A DNA stretch of 64,000 nucleotides from assembly GCA_015488885.1 (NCBI GenBank), contig WFMW01000028.1, forward strand, positions 63 through 64,062, given 5' to 3'. The stretch is from Gammaproteobacteria bacterium (GTDB lineage: Bacteria; Pseudomonadota; Gammaproteobacteria; SZUA-229). The notes below the pieces were generated by a model. The model worked only from the letters and a program-made list of their open reading frames with translations. It was not told where the DNA came from and did not search any database. This document shows positions 10,052 to 22,250 of the stretch, one piece after another; the stretch's first letter is position 1, and each line of letters opens with the position of its first letter. The position numbers and the translations under genes were made by a program.

Positions 10052-12334
10052 TTAAGTATCATGCTTGCCTGCAAATTTTATCAAGAGTGGGGGTAGCAAA
10101 GTCAGGTCAAAAATCAGCGCAAGAAAGATAACGATACTGGTTAATAAGCCCATATCGGAATTCAGCGAAAAATGTGACTGTGCCAGAATCATAAAACCCG
10201 CAATTAATACCACTGAAGTCACCACAATGGCTACCCCCACACTGCGGAATGCATAGCGCACTGCATCCTCAGCACTGAGATGCTGTTCACGCCGTGCGCG
10301 TAAGTATTTACTTAGAAAATGCACAGTATCATCGACCACAATACCCAGCGTCATGCCTGCGACGATGGATAAAGCAATGCCCACCTGACCAACAAATAAA
10401 CCCCAGATACCAAAACCTGCTATGGCTGGGGTCAGGTTGGGAATTAAACTGATGAAACCATATTTAAATGATCCCAGAAATATGATCAGTACGGCAGAAA
10501 TAAATATCATTGCAACCACTGTGCCGGTTAACATGCTTTTTATATTACGTTGACCAAGATGCGCAAACATAACAGTGGGGCTGCTACTGTAGACAGATAA
10601 TTCAGGCATGTGCTGATGTAACCATGCGGTGGTCTGCTGTTCCAGAGCAATAACCTGTTTTGATGACAGGGTTTTCAGCGTTACCGCAATTTTTGTTGCC
10701 GTTTTATCAACATCAATCTGATTGTTTAAATCCAGCCCGTAGGGTAATGACATTTCATAGAGTAATAAATACTGTGCGGCCAGATTACGTTTTTCCGGCA
10801 GTCGATACCAGGCAGGGTCATCAGCATGCATATTCTTATTTAGTCGTTTAAAGGTATCGGTAATTGACTGTACATGCACAACCTGAGGTAAAGTGCGTAA
10901 ATAAGCCACAAACTTCTCAGCCTGTTTGAGAAAATGTGGGTCACTGATACCGCCAGATTTATTACTACTGAGTGCGTAATTAATGTAATAAACACCGGTT
11001 AAATGTTTTGCTGTGTAATCTGAATCACGTCTGAACTCAATGGTTTTATCAAAATAATTAACAAAAACATCATTGAGTTCATTGCGTGGAACCAGTGCTG
11101 CAAGGACGATAATCATTACACTATTGCCATAAAGCAGGGCTTTTTTATGGCGAATCACAAATTCACCAAATTTCACCATGTAGTCTGTTCCAGCAATATC
11201 ATGTCTGCCTGTAGCCGGTAAAATGGCCACCGCAGCAGGTAGAAAAGTAATCGACAGGACAAAGGCAATAGCGACACCAATGGCGGCGATATTCCCCAGA
11301 TCATGAAACGGTGGCGCATCACTAAAATTAAGGCTGAGAAAGCCTAATACGGTGGTTAGGGAGGTAACAAAAACCGGGCGAAAATTAATCCGCATACTTT
11401 CTATCATGGCGCTGTCTTTATCCAGATTCCTCGACATTTCGTGACGCATGCTTGCCAGCAGATGCACAGAATCGGCAATTGACATGGTTAATATCATAAT
11501 CGGCGCTGACATCACTGGCGGGGATAATAATATCCCTGACCAGCCCGCTAGCCCCATCGCTGCCATGATAGACATAATCAGCAGAACAAACGTTGCAATG
11601 CTGCCACTGAAAGCACGTAATAAAATGTACAGGGTGAGAATAATAAACCCCAGAGCAACAGGATAGAGGTGCATAACATCATTCTTGCTGGCTTCTGGAA
11701 AAGCATTATTCATTACCGCAATACCGGCCAGTCGAATGTTTAGCTGCGGGTATTTAGCCAGCATTTTCTGTTTAAGCTGAGCGGCAAATTTTACCGCTCT
11801 GGGAATTTCGTTTAAATTTTTACCGGGTATTTGCAGGGTAACATTTACCCCGGTATATTTACTGTTCGGGGAGATAAGCCGATGAATCAATACGGGTTCA
11901 TTAATTGCAATGGACTGAATTTTTAATAAATCCTGATCGGTTAATTTTTCTGGATCGGGCACCAGGTCATCGACAATCAGCTCATCGCCTTCAGCATGGG
12001 TGTACTGAAAGTTGGTGATTGAATCGACCCTGCTTGAATATGGCATCTGCCAGGCCTGATGCGTGAGGTCTTTAATTGCAGCCAATGTTTTGCGGCTGAA
12101 AACCTGACCATTTTTTGGGGTGATAACAAATAGAATATTGTCATTTTTGTTGAAGGTTTGCTGCATTTTTTCAAAGGCAAGTAACTGTGGGTTGTCATTG
12201 CCAAAGAACATACGGTAATCATTACTGAAATGCAGATGTTTTGCACCGGATGCGGCGATGCCGACCAGAATAAAACTGCCTAATACAATCAGGTATTTCC
12301 AGCGGATAATCCATCGGGTATAGCGTTCAACCAT
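10052..12334 (-). CDS. MMPL/RND-superfamily putative lipid transporter
   Basis: 760 aa with two TM repeats; MSIADSVHLL and GIVVDDTVHFLSKY motifs. Confidence 0.88.
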   Translation of the reverse strand: MVERYTRWIIRWKYLIVLGSFILVGIAASGAKHLHFSNDYRMFFGNDNPQLLAFEKMQQTFNKNDNILFVITPKNGQVFSRKTLAAIKDLTHQAWQMPYSSRVDSITNFQYTHAEGDELIVDDLVPDPEKLTDQDLLKIQSIAINEPVLIHRLISPNSKYTGVNVTLQIPGKNLNEIPRAVKFAAQLKQKMLAKYPQLNIRLAGIAVMNNAFPEASKNDVMHLYPVALGFIILTLYILLRAFSGSIATFVLLIMSIMAAMGLAGWSGILLSPPVMSAPIMILTMSIADSVHLLASMRHEMSRNLDKDSAMIESMRINFRPVFVTSLTTVLGFLSLNFSDAPPFHDLGNIAAIGVAIAFVLSITFLPAAVAILPATGRHDIAGTDYMVKFGEFVIRHKKALLYGNSVMIIVLAALVPRNELNDVFVNYFDKTIEFRRDSDYTAKHLTGVYYINYALSSNKSGGISDPHFLKQAEKFVAYLRTLPQVVHVQSITDTFKRLNKNMHADDPAWYRLPEKRNLAAQYLLLYEMSLPYGLDLNNQIDVDKTATKIAVTLKTLSSKQVIALEQQTTAWLHQHMPELSVYSSSPTVMFAHLGQRNIKSMLTGTVVAMIFISAVLIIFLGSFKYGFISLIPNLTPAIAGFGIWGLFVGQVGIALSIVAGMTLGIVVDDTVHFLSKYLRARREQHLSAEDAVRYAFRSVGVAIVVTSVVLIAGFMILAQSHFSLNSDMGLLTSIVIFLALIFDLTLLPPLLIKFAGKHDT

Positions 12335-12683
12335 AGGTTTTGCTTTCCAGTTAAAAAATATAAAATTTAAAAATGTTAATTTTTTTGAAACCAGAGTATT
12401 TACCCATACCGGATATGAAATATGACTCTGAAGACTTTATTTTTTTGATAAGAATATGTTGTAAATATGTATATAACTAACTGATTATACGGTAAATATT
12501 CATCTATTTTTTTTGTGTCTAGCCAATTCGTATGTATTATGACAAGGTAGTCGGAGATGTCAACCGGCTATCATGCTTTAATTCGGTTCTTCCAGAGGGG
12601 GCTGAGAGCAGGAATCATAGCGAATAATCTGCTCAGGGCGTACAGCAAGTTGACTATTCTTCGACAGGCTTCTAGTATTCATT

Positions 12684-12708
12684 TGTAACCACTCGCTGAG
12701 TCGTTACA
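12684..12708. mobile_element. 25-bp minimal member of the TGTAAC...GTTACA MITE family
   Basis: TGTAACCACTCGCTGAGTCGTTACA flanked by ttcatt / tccatt (5/6 match, decayed 6-bp duplication). Confidence 0.5.
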
Positions 12709-12741
12709 TCCATTTTACTACTATTGCTGTGTAAGAACATT

Positions 12742-13713
12742 ATGAATCCAAACTATCTGGACTTTGAGCAACCGATTGCTGAACTGGAAGCCAAAATTGA
12801 AGAATTACGTTTTGTCGGAGATGATTCTGAGATTAATATTGGTGAAGAAATCAGTAAACTGGAAGAAAAATCACGTACCCTCACGCAATCCATTTTTAAT
12901 AAGCTGGACGCCTGGCAGACTTCAAAACTGGCGCGTCATCCACTACGTCCTTATACGCTTGATTATATTCAACGTATTTTTACCGATTTCCAGGAATTGC
13001 ATGGTGATCGTGCGTTTGCCGATGATGAAGCCTTAATTGGTGGCCTGGCACGTCTTGATGGTACCCCGGTGATGATTATTGGCCACCAGAAAGGGCGGGA
13101 TACCAGAGAAAATATCCGCCGAAATTTTGGTATGCCGCGCCCTGAAGGTTATCGTAAGGCTTTGCGTTTAATGAAGCTGGCCGAACGTTTTCGGATTCCC
13201 ATCATCACTTTTATTGATACGCCGGGAGCCTATCCAGGCATTAATGCCGAAGAACGTAATCAATCTGAAGCTATTGCACGAAATCTGTTTGAAATGTCTG
13301 CTTTGCAAACGCCCGTTGTGTGTACCATTATCGGTGAAGGCGGTTCGGGTGGGGCGCTGGCCATTGGTGTGGGCGACCGGGTGATGATGCTTCAATACAG
13401 CACTTATGCAGTGATTTCACCTGAAGGCTGTGCTTCTATTTTATGGAAAAAAGCTGATAAAGCGGCTGAAGCGGCGGAAGCCATGGGAATTACCGCAACC
13501 AGCCTGCGTGATCTTGGTTTAATTGACCAGATTATTCGTGAGCCACTGGGCAGCGCACACCGTGATATCGATGAAGCAGCACGTAATCTCAAACAGGCAC
13601 TGGTTGATGCGCTCGAAAGTTTTGAAAAATTGAGCATGGAACAGTTGCTGGAGAAACGTTACCAGCGGCTGACTTCTTATGGCGAATTTCTCGAAGAAAA
13701 ACCGGAAGGTTGA
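12742..13713 (+). CDS. accA: Acetyl-CoA carboxylase carboxyltransferase alpha subunit
   Basis: [43 protein letters not shown]. Confidence 0.97.
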   Translation: MNPNYLDFEQPIAELEAKIEELRFVGDDSEINIGEEISKLEEKSRTLTQSIFNKLDAWQTSKLARHPLRPYTLDYIQRIFTDFQELHGDRAFADDEALIGGLARLDGTPVMIIGHQKGRDTRENIRRNFGMPRPEGYRKALRLMKLAERFRIPIITFIDTPGAYPGINAEERNQSEAIARNLFEMSALQTPVVCTIIGEGGSGGALAIGVGDRVMMLQYSTYAVISPEGCASILWKKADKAAEAAEAMGITATSLRDLGLIDQIIREPLGSAHRDIDEAARNLKQALVDALESFEKLSMEQLLEKRYQRLTSYGEFLEEKPEG

Positions 13714-13780
13714 TTCTCGGTGAACACTCTCAGCGATAATTTTTAGCCTTGATTTTTAGCTAAGAGCCGGCAACCTGTTA

Positions 13781-15127
13781 ATGAGCTTCCTGCAACGTTT
13801 TCAACATATACTGGACTCGTTATTACCTGAAACCATTAAATCACCAGCAAAGATGACACCAGGCCTGGTGATTGCCTATAGCGGTGGACTGGATTCGCAT
13901 GTTTTATTGCATGTCTGTCATTGTCTCAAGTTACCAATACGCGCCATACATGTTCATCATGGCTTACAACTACAGGCAGATGAATGGGTAGTACATTGCC
14001 AGGAAATATGCGATAGACTGAATATTCCATTAGACATTCTTTATGTTAATGCCGGTGCCGATAAAGGACAGAGTCCAGAGGATGCTGCACGTATTGCCCG
14101 CTATAGTGCCTTAAAACAGTCTTTAGCCAGTGAAGAATTTCTATTAACCGCGCAACATGCTGATGATCAGGCAGAAACGTTACTATTACAGCTGTTACGT
14201 GGTGCAGGTGCTGCTGGACTTGCTGCCATGCCATTGCAGCGCCAACTGGGACAACAGCGAATACAGTTGCGTCCACTGTTGATATTTACCCGTGCAGAGA
14301 TAAGTGCATATGCGCAACAGGAAAATCTGCACTGGATAGAAGACCCAAGTAATAACGATAGTCGTTATAATCGAAACTATATCCGCCAACATATTATTCC
14401 GCCACTAAAACAGCGTTGGCCAGCTATGGCACAGAGTTTTTCTGTGGCAGCAAAACATCAGCAGGAAAATCTGCAACTATTAAGTAATCTGGCGGCTATT
14501 GATTTATCGGCTATTGCAACGCAGCAGAGTAATATTATTTTAATTTCACGCTTGAATCAGTTGTCTGTGGCCAGACAGAGAAATGTTCTGGCTTACTGGC
14601 TGAAACGACAACAGCTTAAGCCTGCACGTCATATTCTGGAACAAATTCTGCAAACTGTTCTAACTGCCAGCAGTGATGCACAACCATTACTCCGGTGGGG
14701 TAATCATGAAATACGACGATATCGAGATCATCTTTATTTATTATCACAAACCCTGCCATTCGATAGTAACAATTTCTTTTTATGGCAACCTGATTCCATG
14801 CCGGAAATTCAGCTGACGGAATGTAGTCTGAGTTGTTATGATGTAAGCCCTTGCTTACCAGCAAACCCCAGCCTAAAGCCAGCCTTAAAACAAAAAACAC
14901 TCAGGGTAAGTTTCAGACAGGGAGGGGAGTGTATTCGTCCAGTGGGGACAAAACACACAACCAGCCTTAAATGTTTATTTCAGCAGGCAGGTATTCCTCC
15001 CTGGCAGCGCCAGAAAATTCCTCTGGTTTTTGTCGGGGATAGTTTGATCGCCGTTGCTGGCTACTGGCTGGCAGCTGATTATTGTGTAAAATCAGGGGAA
15101 CCCGGCTGGGGTATTGATATAAAATAA
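13781..15127 (+). CDS. tilS: tRNA(Ile)-lysidine synthetase
   Basis: AYSGGLDS, TAQHADDQAET, WIEDPSN, RNYIR, IPPWQR; follows accA. Confidence 0.95.
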   Translation: MSFLQRFQHILDSLLPETIKSPAKMTPGLVIAYSGGLDSHVLLHVCHCLKLPIRAIHVHHGLQLQADEWVVHCQEICDRLNIPLDILYVNAGADKGQSPEDAARIARYSALKQSLASEEFLLTAQHADDQAETLLLQLLRGAGAAGLAAMPLQRQLGQQRIQLRPLLIFTRAEISAYAQQENLHWIEDPSNNDSRYNRNYIRQHIIPPLKQRWPAMAQSFSVAAKHQQENLQLLSNLAAIDLSAIATQQSNIILISRLNQLSVARQRNVLAYWLKRQQLKPARHILEQILQTVLTASSDAQPLLRWGNHEIRRYRDHLYLLSQTLPFDSNNFFLWQPDSMPEIQLTECSLSCYDVSPCLPANPSLKPALKQKTLRVSFRQGGECIRPVGTKHTTSLKCLFQQAGIPPWQRQKIPLVFVGDSLIAVAGYWLAADYCVKSGEPGWGIDIK

Positions 15128-15150
15128 AGCCCCGTTATACGGGGCTTTAT
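15124..15150. terminator. Bidirectional intrinsic terminator between convergent tilS and yccA
   Basis: ATAAAGCCCCG-TTATA-CGGGGCTTTAT, 11-bp stem with A/T flanks. Confidence 0.8.
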
Positions 15151-15178
15151 TCATTTCTGAAATACTTATCGGTTATGG

Positions 15179-15841
15179 CTATCGATTATTACTCAGAGCA
15201 CCAAGAATCTGTAACAGACTGAGAAACAGATTATACAGGCTGATATAAAGTGTAACGGTAGCCATAATATAGTTGGTTTCGCCACCGTGGATAATTTCAC
15301 TGGTCTGGTAAAGGATCATGCCTGACATGAGTAAAATAAACATGGCTGAAACCGCCAGTGACAGGGCGGGCATACTGAATATCATTGCGCCAAGTCCGGC
15401 CAGGAAAGCAACTAAAATACCAACCATTAGAAAACCGCCCATAAAGCTGAAATCTTTACGACTGGTTAAGGCATAGCCCGATAATGCCAGGAAGATAACC
15501 CCGGTACCACCGAGTGCAGTCATGATAAGTTGACTACCGTTAGCCAGGTGTAAATACAGGTTTAATATTGGACCCAGAGTTAAACCCATAAAACCGGTTA
15601 ACATAAAAACAAAAAGAATACCCAGCCCGCTTTCTCTGAATTTGGTCGTTAGAAATAATAAGCCAAAATAACCGACCAGCGTGATAATCGGGCCAAATGG
15701 CGGCAGATTGAGTGTCATCGAAACACCTGCTGCCGCTGCACTGAATAACAGTGTCATGGACAATAAGGCATAGGTGTTTTTCAGTACTTTATTGGTTGCC
15801 AGAATTTGTGATTCTGAGCGAGCCGTCGATATTGATTGCAT
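15179..15841 (-). CDS. yccA: Bax inhibitor-1/YccA family membrane protein
   Basis: KVLKNTYALL, GETNYIMATVTLYISLYNLFLSLL; about 7 TM segments. Confidence 0.92.
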   Translation of the reverse strand: MQSISTARSESQILATNKVLKNTYALLSMTLLFSAAAAGVSMTLNLPPFGPIITLVGYFGLLFLTTKFRESGLGILFVFMLTGFMGLTLGPILNLYLHLANGSQLIMTALGGTGVIFLALSGYALTSRKDFSFMGGFLMVGILVAFLAGLGAMIFSMPALSLAVSAMFILLMSGMILYQTSEIIHGGETNYIMATVTLYISLYNLFLSLLQILGALSNNR

Positions 15842-16462
15842 CTTTCTAATCCTCTATAACTTATAAGAATTTAATAATTACGTTAACAGCAGCGCTGAAA
15901 CAAGTATGCTGTAATATACCTGATAATAACAGCTTTTTATCCTCTCAGGTTTTTAATAATATCAGATACTAATATCTAACACTAATAATATAGCATAACA
16001 CTAATCGCTAGCTGATTACCCTGCTTGAATTAATGAATTACCTAAACCCGTGCTGTTACCTCCTGTGACAGAAGATAATTGCGGTAGTTCATCCTGCGGC
16101 CTACGGATACGATGGGGATGATATGATAATATTTCAAGTGTCAGTTTTAACCCGAATATTTCATAAAAATATAGTGTTTTCCAAAACTGTATAGCGATAT
16201 CCGATATGTAATGAGGTTTTGTGATGCCTGTATTTATTAGTCTATTCATGGTGTTATAGTGATTTTAGAGCCTTTCTATAAAATATTCAGATTGATGACA
16301 TTATGGCTTATAAAAATTTCTGAATAACATAGGTTTCTCTGCAAGAATCTGTTATATTTGTCTGATTCTTAAATAATTGATCATCGATTGGTTATCTAAA
16401 GAGGGGAGGGAATCGTTCATGTGTCTATGTTGAAAAAATTGCAGATTCCTGATTTTAATTAG

Positions 16463-17755
<1,293 letters not shown>

Positions 17756-17761
17756 ATTATT

Positions 17762-17915
17762 TGTAACTCCTCAGCTAACCACTGAAATCAGCCAGTTCTG
17801 CGTTGAAAAATGGACATTTACGCTTGTAAACTCACATTTTTCGCCTTGATCTGACTGATTTCAGCGGCAATCTGAGCAGTTACTGTTACATTTGACTACT
17901 CACTGAGTAGTTACA
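17762..17915. mobile_element. 154-bp MITE with TGT...ACA termini and 6-bp target duplication
   Basis: Ends TGTAACTCCTCAG / CTGAGTAGTTACA; ATTATT on both sides (17756-17761, 17916-17921); internal inverted repeat CTGAAATCAG / CTGATTTCAG. Confidence 0.8.
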
Positions 17916-17935
17916 ATTATTTCAGGTAATTTTAT

Positions 17936-19804
17936 TTACTGGGTTAACTGGGTATATAAAAGCGGCAGGGTCTGCGGTAATTTTTCTGCATGATGTATAA
18001 CGATATAATTATTTTTGCCAAACAAATAGGGCAGGTAATCATTTGCTGTTTTATCAATGGTAATGCAGAACGGTAACAAGCCCATTTTTCTTGCAGTAAT
18101 CACAGCATGTCGAGTATCTTCAATACCGTATCGGCCTTCGTACTGATCCAGGTCATTAGGTTTGCCATCAGTTAGGATCAATAATAGCCGACGACCATTG
18201 GCTTCATTATTTAATAATTCTGAGGCGTGGCGAATGGCGGCACCCAGGCGCGTGTAATAACCGGGTTTTAGCGCTTTGATACGGCCACGTACGCTGGCAT
18301 TGTATGGCTCATCAAAATTCTTAATCTGATGAATTCGAATCGGGTCGCGTTTACGGGAAGAAAATCCGAGCATGGAAAAGCGGTCGCCGGTTGCCTGCAA
18401 GCTTTCGGCAAACAAATACACGCTATCACGGATAATATCAATGACCCGGTGGGTATCATTAATATGTGCATCCGTTGATAATGACAGGTCAGCCAGTAGC
18501 AGACAGGCCAGGTCGCGTGCGCCACTGTGCATTTCACGATACAGATTTTCTACACTAACACGCACACCAGCTGCCCGGTCACTACGGTAACGCAGGTAGG
18601 CATCCAGATCAACATCCTGGCCATCCATCTGTGCATTAAACCATGTTCTTGCCGGTGTCATCGCCTGAAATTGTGCACGCAGGCGTTTTGCCGTTTGTCT
18701 AAGGTGGTCGGGTAACTGACAGGGCTCGGCTGTATCAGCAATCATCTCAACAATGCGGCAACGGTCGGGAAGTAATTGCTGTTTTTTCCAGTGCCATTCG
18801 GGTAACAGTTTGCCGTCATTAAGAATAGTGTCATCGCAATCAGCTGCTGGCAGGTCAAGATCAAATTTGAGCCGGGTTTTTGCTGTTTTGCCACTATGGC
18901 TAACCGAAAGTTTATTCAGGTCACGTGCAACATCCTCTGCACGTTCTATATCATCCTCGTCTTCTGTGCCACGATCAAGATTGATAAATTCAGCCATAGA
19001 AAAAATATTTTCCATGCGTACAGTAACTAGACCACCATCCGTTTCCGGTTCTTTTACATGCTCAGCCTGGCGTCGCGCAATTTCTTCAAGTTCGTGTGAC
19101 TGTTCGGCGGGTAGTGGTGCAAGATCATTATCCAGCCTGGATTTACTCCCAGCAGTTATCGGTGGATCAGGATGCAACCACAATGGCACCGGGTAGGGTG
19201 GATACTTGCTTGCCGGTAAGATTTTGATACTACCGGGCGAACTTAATGCCTGCTGAATTGCTGCCTCGGTCGCGGCTTCAGTGTGGCGAAGTTTATTGTG
19301 CTCCGGGCGTTGCATCAAGTGTGCCTGCAATAAACGTTGATAACGTGGCTGAATACCTGGAAAGCGTGTTAAAGCAGCCAGTGTCATTAACTGGTTATGG
19401 TAGAACCAGTTTTTATCCGTTGCTATTTTTGGGGTATTTCCCGTAGTGGTTAAAACGCTGTCCTGAACGGCTGCCAGACTGGCTAACCAGTAATACAGGT
19501 CGGTGTTTAATGACTTTTTATCAAACCAGGCAATACTGGGGGGCAGTTTTAATGCTCGTTCGTCACGCCAGGCAAGCTGAATTTTTTTTTGCGTGCCTGC
19601 AATTCGTTGTAACAGATTGCGCTGGGAATTATTTTCTGTCGCATCGGCAATTTCTATTTGCAGACCACCATCACCACCCAGAGCACGAAAATAGATGCCA
19701 AGGTTTTTCTGTATGTCATGTAAAAAAATGCTTGCACCAGGGTATTGATTATCACTTGCACGAGTAATTAGTTTATGCCAGAGTGCACCAACATGTTCTT
19801 CCAT
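17936..19804 (-). CDS. norD: Nitric oxide reductase activation protein NorD (vWA)
   Basis: MIDAS DLSLS, GFSS, KPGYYTRLGAAIRH, LTDGKPNDLDQYEGRYGIEDT. Confidence 0.93.
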   Translation of the reverse strand: MEEHVGALWHKLITRASDNQYPGASIFLHDIQKNLGIYFRALGGDGGLQIEIADATENNSQRNLLQRIAGTQKKIQLAWRDERALKLPPSIAWFDKKSLNTDLYYWLASLAAVQDSVLTTTGNTPKIATDKNWFYHNQLMTLAALTRFPGIQPRYQRLLQAHLMQRPEHNKLRHTEAATEAAIQQALSSPGSIKILPASKYPPYPVPLWLHPDPPITAGSKSRLDNDLAPLPAEQSHELEEIARRQAEHVKEPETDGGLVTVRMENIFSMAEFINLDRGTEDEDDIERAEDVARDLNKLSVSHSGKTAKTRLKFDLDLPAADCDDTILNDGKLLPEWHWKKQQLLPDRCRIVEMIADTAEPCQLPDHLRQTAKRLRAQFQAMTPARTWFNAQMDGQDVDLDAYLRYRSDRAAGVRVSVENLYREMHSGARDLACLLLADLSLSTDAHINDTHRVIDIIRDSVYLFAESLQATGDRFSMLGFSSRKRDPIRIHQIKNFDEPYNASVRGRIKALKPGYYTRLGAAIRHASELLNNEANGRRLLLILTDGKPNDLDQYEGRYGIEDTRHAVITARKMGLLPFCITIDKTANDYLPYLFGKNNYIVIHHAEKLPQTLPLLYTQLTQ

Positions 19805-19810
19805 TATGAT

Positions 19811-20809
19811 TTACCTTTGAGTAATAGTGCTGCCTGGGTGATGTTTGCTGGTGTTGTATAAATTCGTATTCTGTTTGTTAGAGAAAGGCGCGTTCCTGGA
19901 TACCGGTGGTGCTGAAATTTTTTCTGCTGCCTCACCATCTACCCAGTGTAATAATGTTTCTTCGTGATAAAACTGCTGCACCTGAGTACAGGCAGAGATA
20001 CATTGGCCACATTGTGTACAACTGAACATTTTGCGTTTTAGCGTACGCGGTTGCAAACGCATCGGGCAGACATTATCGCAGGCATTGTTACAGTCTTTAC
20101 AGGATTTTGCCCGTGACCGGTCAAAATTGACCACCATGGCTTTACGGTTTGCCATCCATGCAAGACTCTGGAACACCCCCACCGCACAGCCATAACGACA
20201 AAATAAATGGCGGGCAAACAGAAACTCTATGCAGAAAGCAATACTTGCTGCACCCATAAATATTGCCTGATTCCGGGTGAGTTGGGCATGTATCAGGTTA
20301 TTGTAGATTTCAAAGGGTGGCAGCAAGTAGGTGAGTAAAACCACTGACCAGATAAAAGCAAACAGTAGTGCTGTTATTAAAGTTGGCAGCCAGTAGCGTT
20401 TATCCGGCGTTAAAATCTGTCTGTCTGCCTGTTGTTGCGGGAGTGATTTTTTCTCCCACAGGCTGGGTTTTCCGCAGGCACGTATCATCAGGCGATTAAT
20501 AATTTCAATCACTGAAAAATGTGGACAGAACCAGCCGCAGTAGATTCGTCCCCAGCGCCAGGCAATGAACAGAAAACCACTGGCTATGACAATGACGGGC
20601 AACAGACCATATAAAAGTACGTTTATCGCCACATTAGTCTGGCTATTTAGTGCTGAATCAATATACAGAGACCAGTGATGGCCAAATAAAATAAAATGCC
20701 CGAGGGTTAAATCATATCGAAAAATATTCAGCGGCGGTGCGGTGATAAATAAAACAAAGAAAGCTGCCTGAGTGATTGAGCGCAAATATTGCAGCGGAAC
20801 CTTTTTCAT
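19811..20809 (-). CDS. Membrane 4Fe-4S binding protein (NapH/CcoG-like) in the nor operon
   Basis: GRIYCGWFCP, FCRYGCAVG, CKDCNNACDNVCP, CTQCGQCISAC plus TM helices. Confidence 0.8.
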   Translation of the reverse strand: MKKVPLQYLRSITQAAFFVLFITAPPLNIFRYDLTLGHFILFGHHWSLYIDSALNSQTNVAINVLLYGLLPVIVIASGFLFIAWRWGRIYCGWFCPHFSVIEIINRLMIRACGKPSLWEKKSLPQQQADRQILTPDKRYWLPTLITALLFAFIWSVVLLTYLLPPFEIYNNLIHAQLTRNQAIFMGAASIAFCIEFLFARHLFCRYGCAVGVFQSLAWMANRKAMVVNFDRSRAKSCKDCNNACDNVCPMRLQPRTLKRKMFSCTQCGQCISACTQVQQFYHEETLLHWVDGEAAEKISAPPVSRNAPFSNKQNTNLYNTSKHHPGSTITQR

Positions 20810-20821
20810 CTTCAGCTGATA

Positions 20822-21253
20822 TTATTGATGACAGTCTTCGGGCAGGCTTTTACCCACCACCGGGTAAGACCAGCATTTTCCGGAAAGCGCTTTGGACAGG
20901 CCAATAATGCCAAGCAGAACCATGCTGGCATGAAAAAGGGTGAAGACAATGATAACAGTCATCCAGATGGTAAGATCTTCCACCCCGACAAGGTTTAGCA
21001 TCATAACCGTTAATGCAGCAATAAAAAATATTAGCCCGATCCAGATGCTGGCAGAGACGGTCTGCTCCAGATGTGAACGTGCCAGAACCGGTGCGCTGTC
21101 ATGGTTTCGTATAAATATAATGGCCAGAATAATAAACCCGAGCAGGGGTATCAGTAACAGGTTGGCGATATACAGTGACTCGGACAGAATTGCCATAGAC
21201 TGACCTTCAGGAGAATATCGCTGCGTTACTGGATCAGGTGCTGAAATTTGCAT
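20822..21253 (-). CDS. Small 3-TM membrane protein in the nor operon
   Basis: Three hydrophobic segments; overlaps norQ stop region, 12 bp from the next gene. Confidence 0.7.
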   Translation of the reverse strand: MQISAPDPVTQRYSPEGQSMAILSESLYIANLLLIPLLGFIILAIIFIRNHDSAPVLARSHLEQTVSASIWIGLIFFIAALTVMMLNLVGVEDLTIWMTVIIVFTLFHASMVLLGIIGLSKALSGKCWSYPVVGKSLPEDCHQ

Positions 21254-22049
21254 TGACTACCTCTACGAGTGCCGACAGAGTTTCTTCATCATCGCTTAAT
21301 GGTTCAATTATTGCAGCATGGCAGGCTGCCTGTATGACCATACCGCTTTTTATCAGGGTAGCAGCATACACCAGTAAACGGGTTGATGCAGATTCTTCCA
21401 GATCGTGGTCTTTTAATGCGCGTAATGAGTTGGCCAGATTAACCAGTTGGGTGGCCAGTGTTCTGTCGATACCGGTTTCACCCATAAGCACTTCAATTTC
21501 GGTTTCTGGTTGAGGAAAGTCAAAAGTCAAACCAATAAAACGTTGTCGGGTACTGGGTTTCATGCCTTTTAGTAAATTCTGATATCCCGGGTTATAGGAG
21601 ACAACCAGCATGAAATTATCGGGTGCCGATAAGGTTTCACCCGTACGTTCCAGTGGCAGAATGCGTCGGTCGTCAGTTAATGGGTGCAATACCACCGTGG
21701 TATCTTTGCGTGCTTCAACAATCTCATCAAGATAGCAGATGGCGCCTTCACGGACAGCACGGGTTAATGGGCCATCACTCCAGTAAGTACCGGAATCACC
21801 AATCAGATGTCTACCGGTAAGATCAGCAGCAGTCAGGTCATCATGACAGGCAACCGTGTGCAGGGGGCGTCCTAGTCGTGCTGCCATGTACTGGACGAAA
21901 CGGGTTTTCCCACAACCGGTAGGGCCTTTTATCAGTAATGGTAACTGGTTATTAAAGGCGTGCTCAAATAAGTCAATTTCATTACCACTGGGGTGGTAAT
22001 AGGGGAGGTTTTTATCTTGCATAGGTTCTGTTTTAACTTTTGTTTTCAT
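21234..22049 (-). CDS. norQ: NorQ/CbbQ/NirQ AAA+ ATPase
   Basis: GPTGCGKT, CHDDLTAADL, YLDEIVEARKD, SYNPGYQ, STRQRF, STRLL. Confidence 0.95.
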   Translation of the reverse strand: MKTKVKTEPMQDKNLPYYHPSGNEIDLFEHAFNNQLPLLIKGPTGCGKTRFVQYMAARLGRPLHTVACHDDLTAADLTGRHLIGDSGTYWSDGPLTRAVREGAICYLDEIVEARKDTTVVLHPLTDDRRILPLERTGETLSAPDNFMLVVSYNPGYQNLLKGMKPSTRQRFIGLTFDFPQPETEIEVLMGETGIDRTLATQLVNLANSLRALKDHDLEESASTRLLVYAATLIKSGMVIQAACHAAIIEPLSDDEETLSALVEVVNANFST

Positions 22050-22091
22050 CTGAGTTCAAGTATTAAATATTAAGTATTTTCTTACTGCCAG

Positions 22092-22250
22092 GAGTCTGTC
22101 GGACTTAACCAATCGTAGCGAGGGGAAGCCGATTTGAGACAGATTTTTCGTTATTTTGAGGCGAATAGTACGACTATTTAACGAAAAATAACGGGAAATA
22201 TGTCCAAATCCGGCTTTTACGCAGTAGTTTGTGTTAAGTCCGACAGACTC
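22092..22250. mobile_element. 159-bp MITE with 18-bp perfect TIRs and 4-bp target duplication
   Basis: GAGTCTGTCGGACTTAAC (22092-22109) / GTTAAGTCCGACAGACTC (22233-22250); CCAG on both sides; internally palindromic. Confidence 0.85.

Noticed and set aside
16016-16249. 77-aa ORF between yccA and sqr
   Set aside because: No recognisable motif or RBS; compatible with a chance ORF
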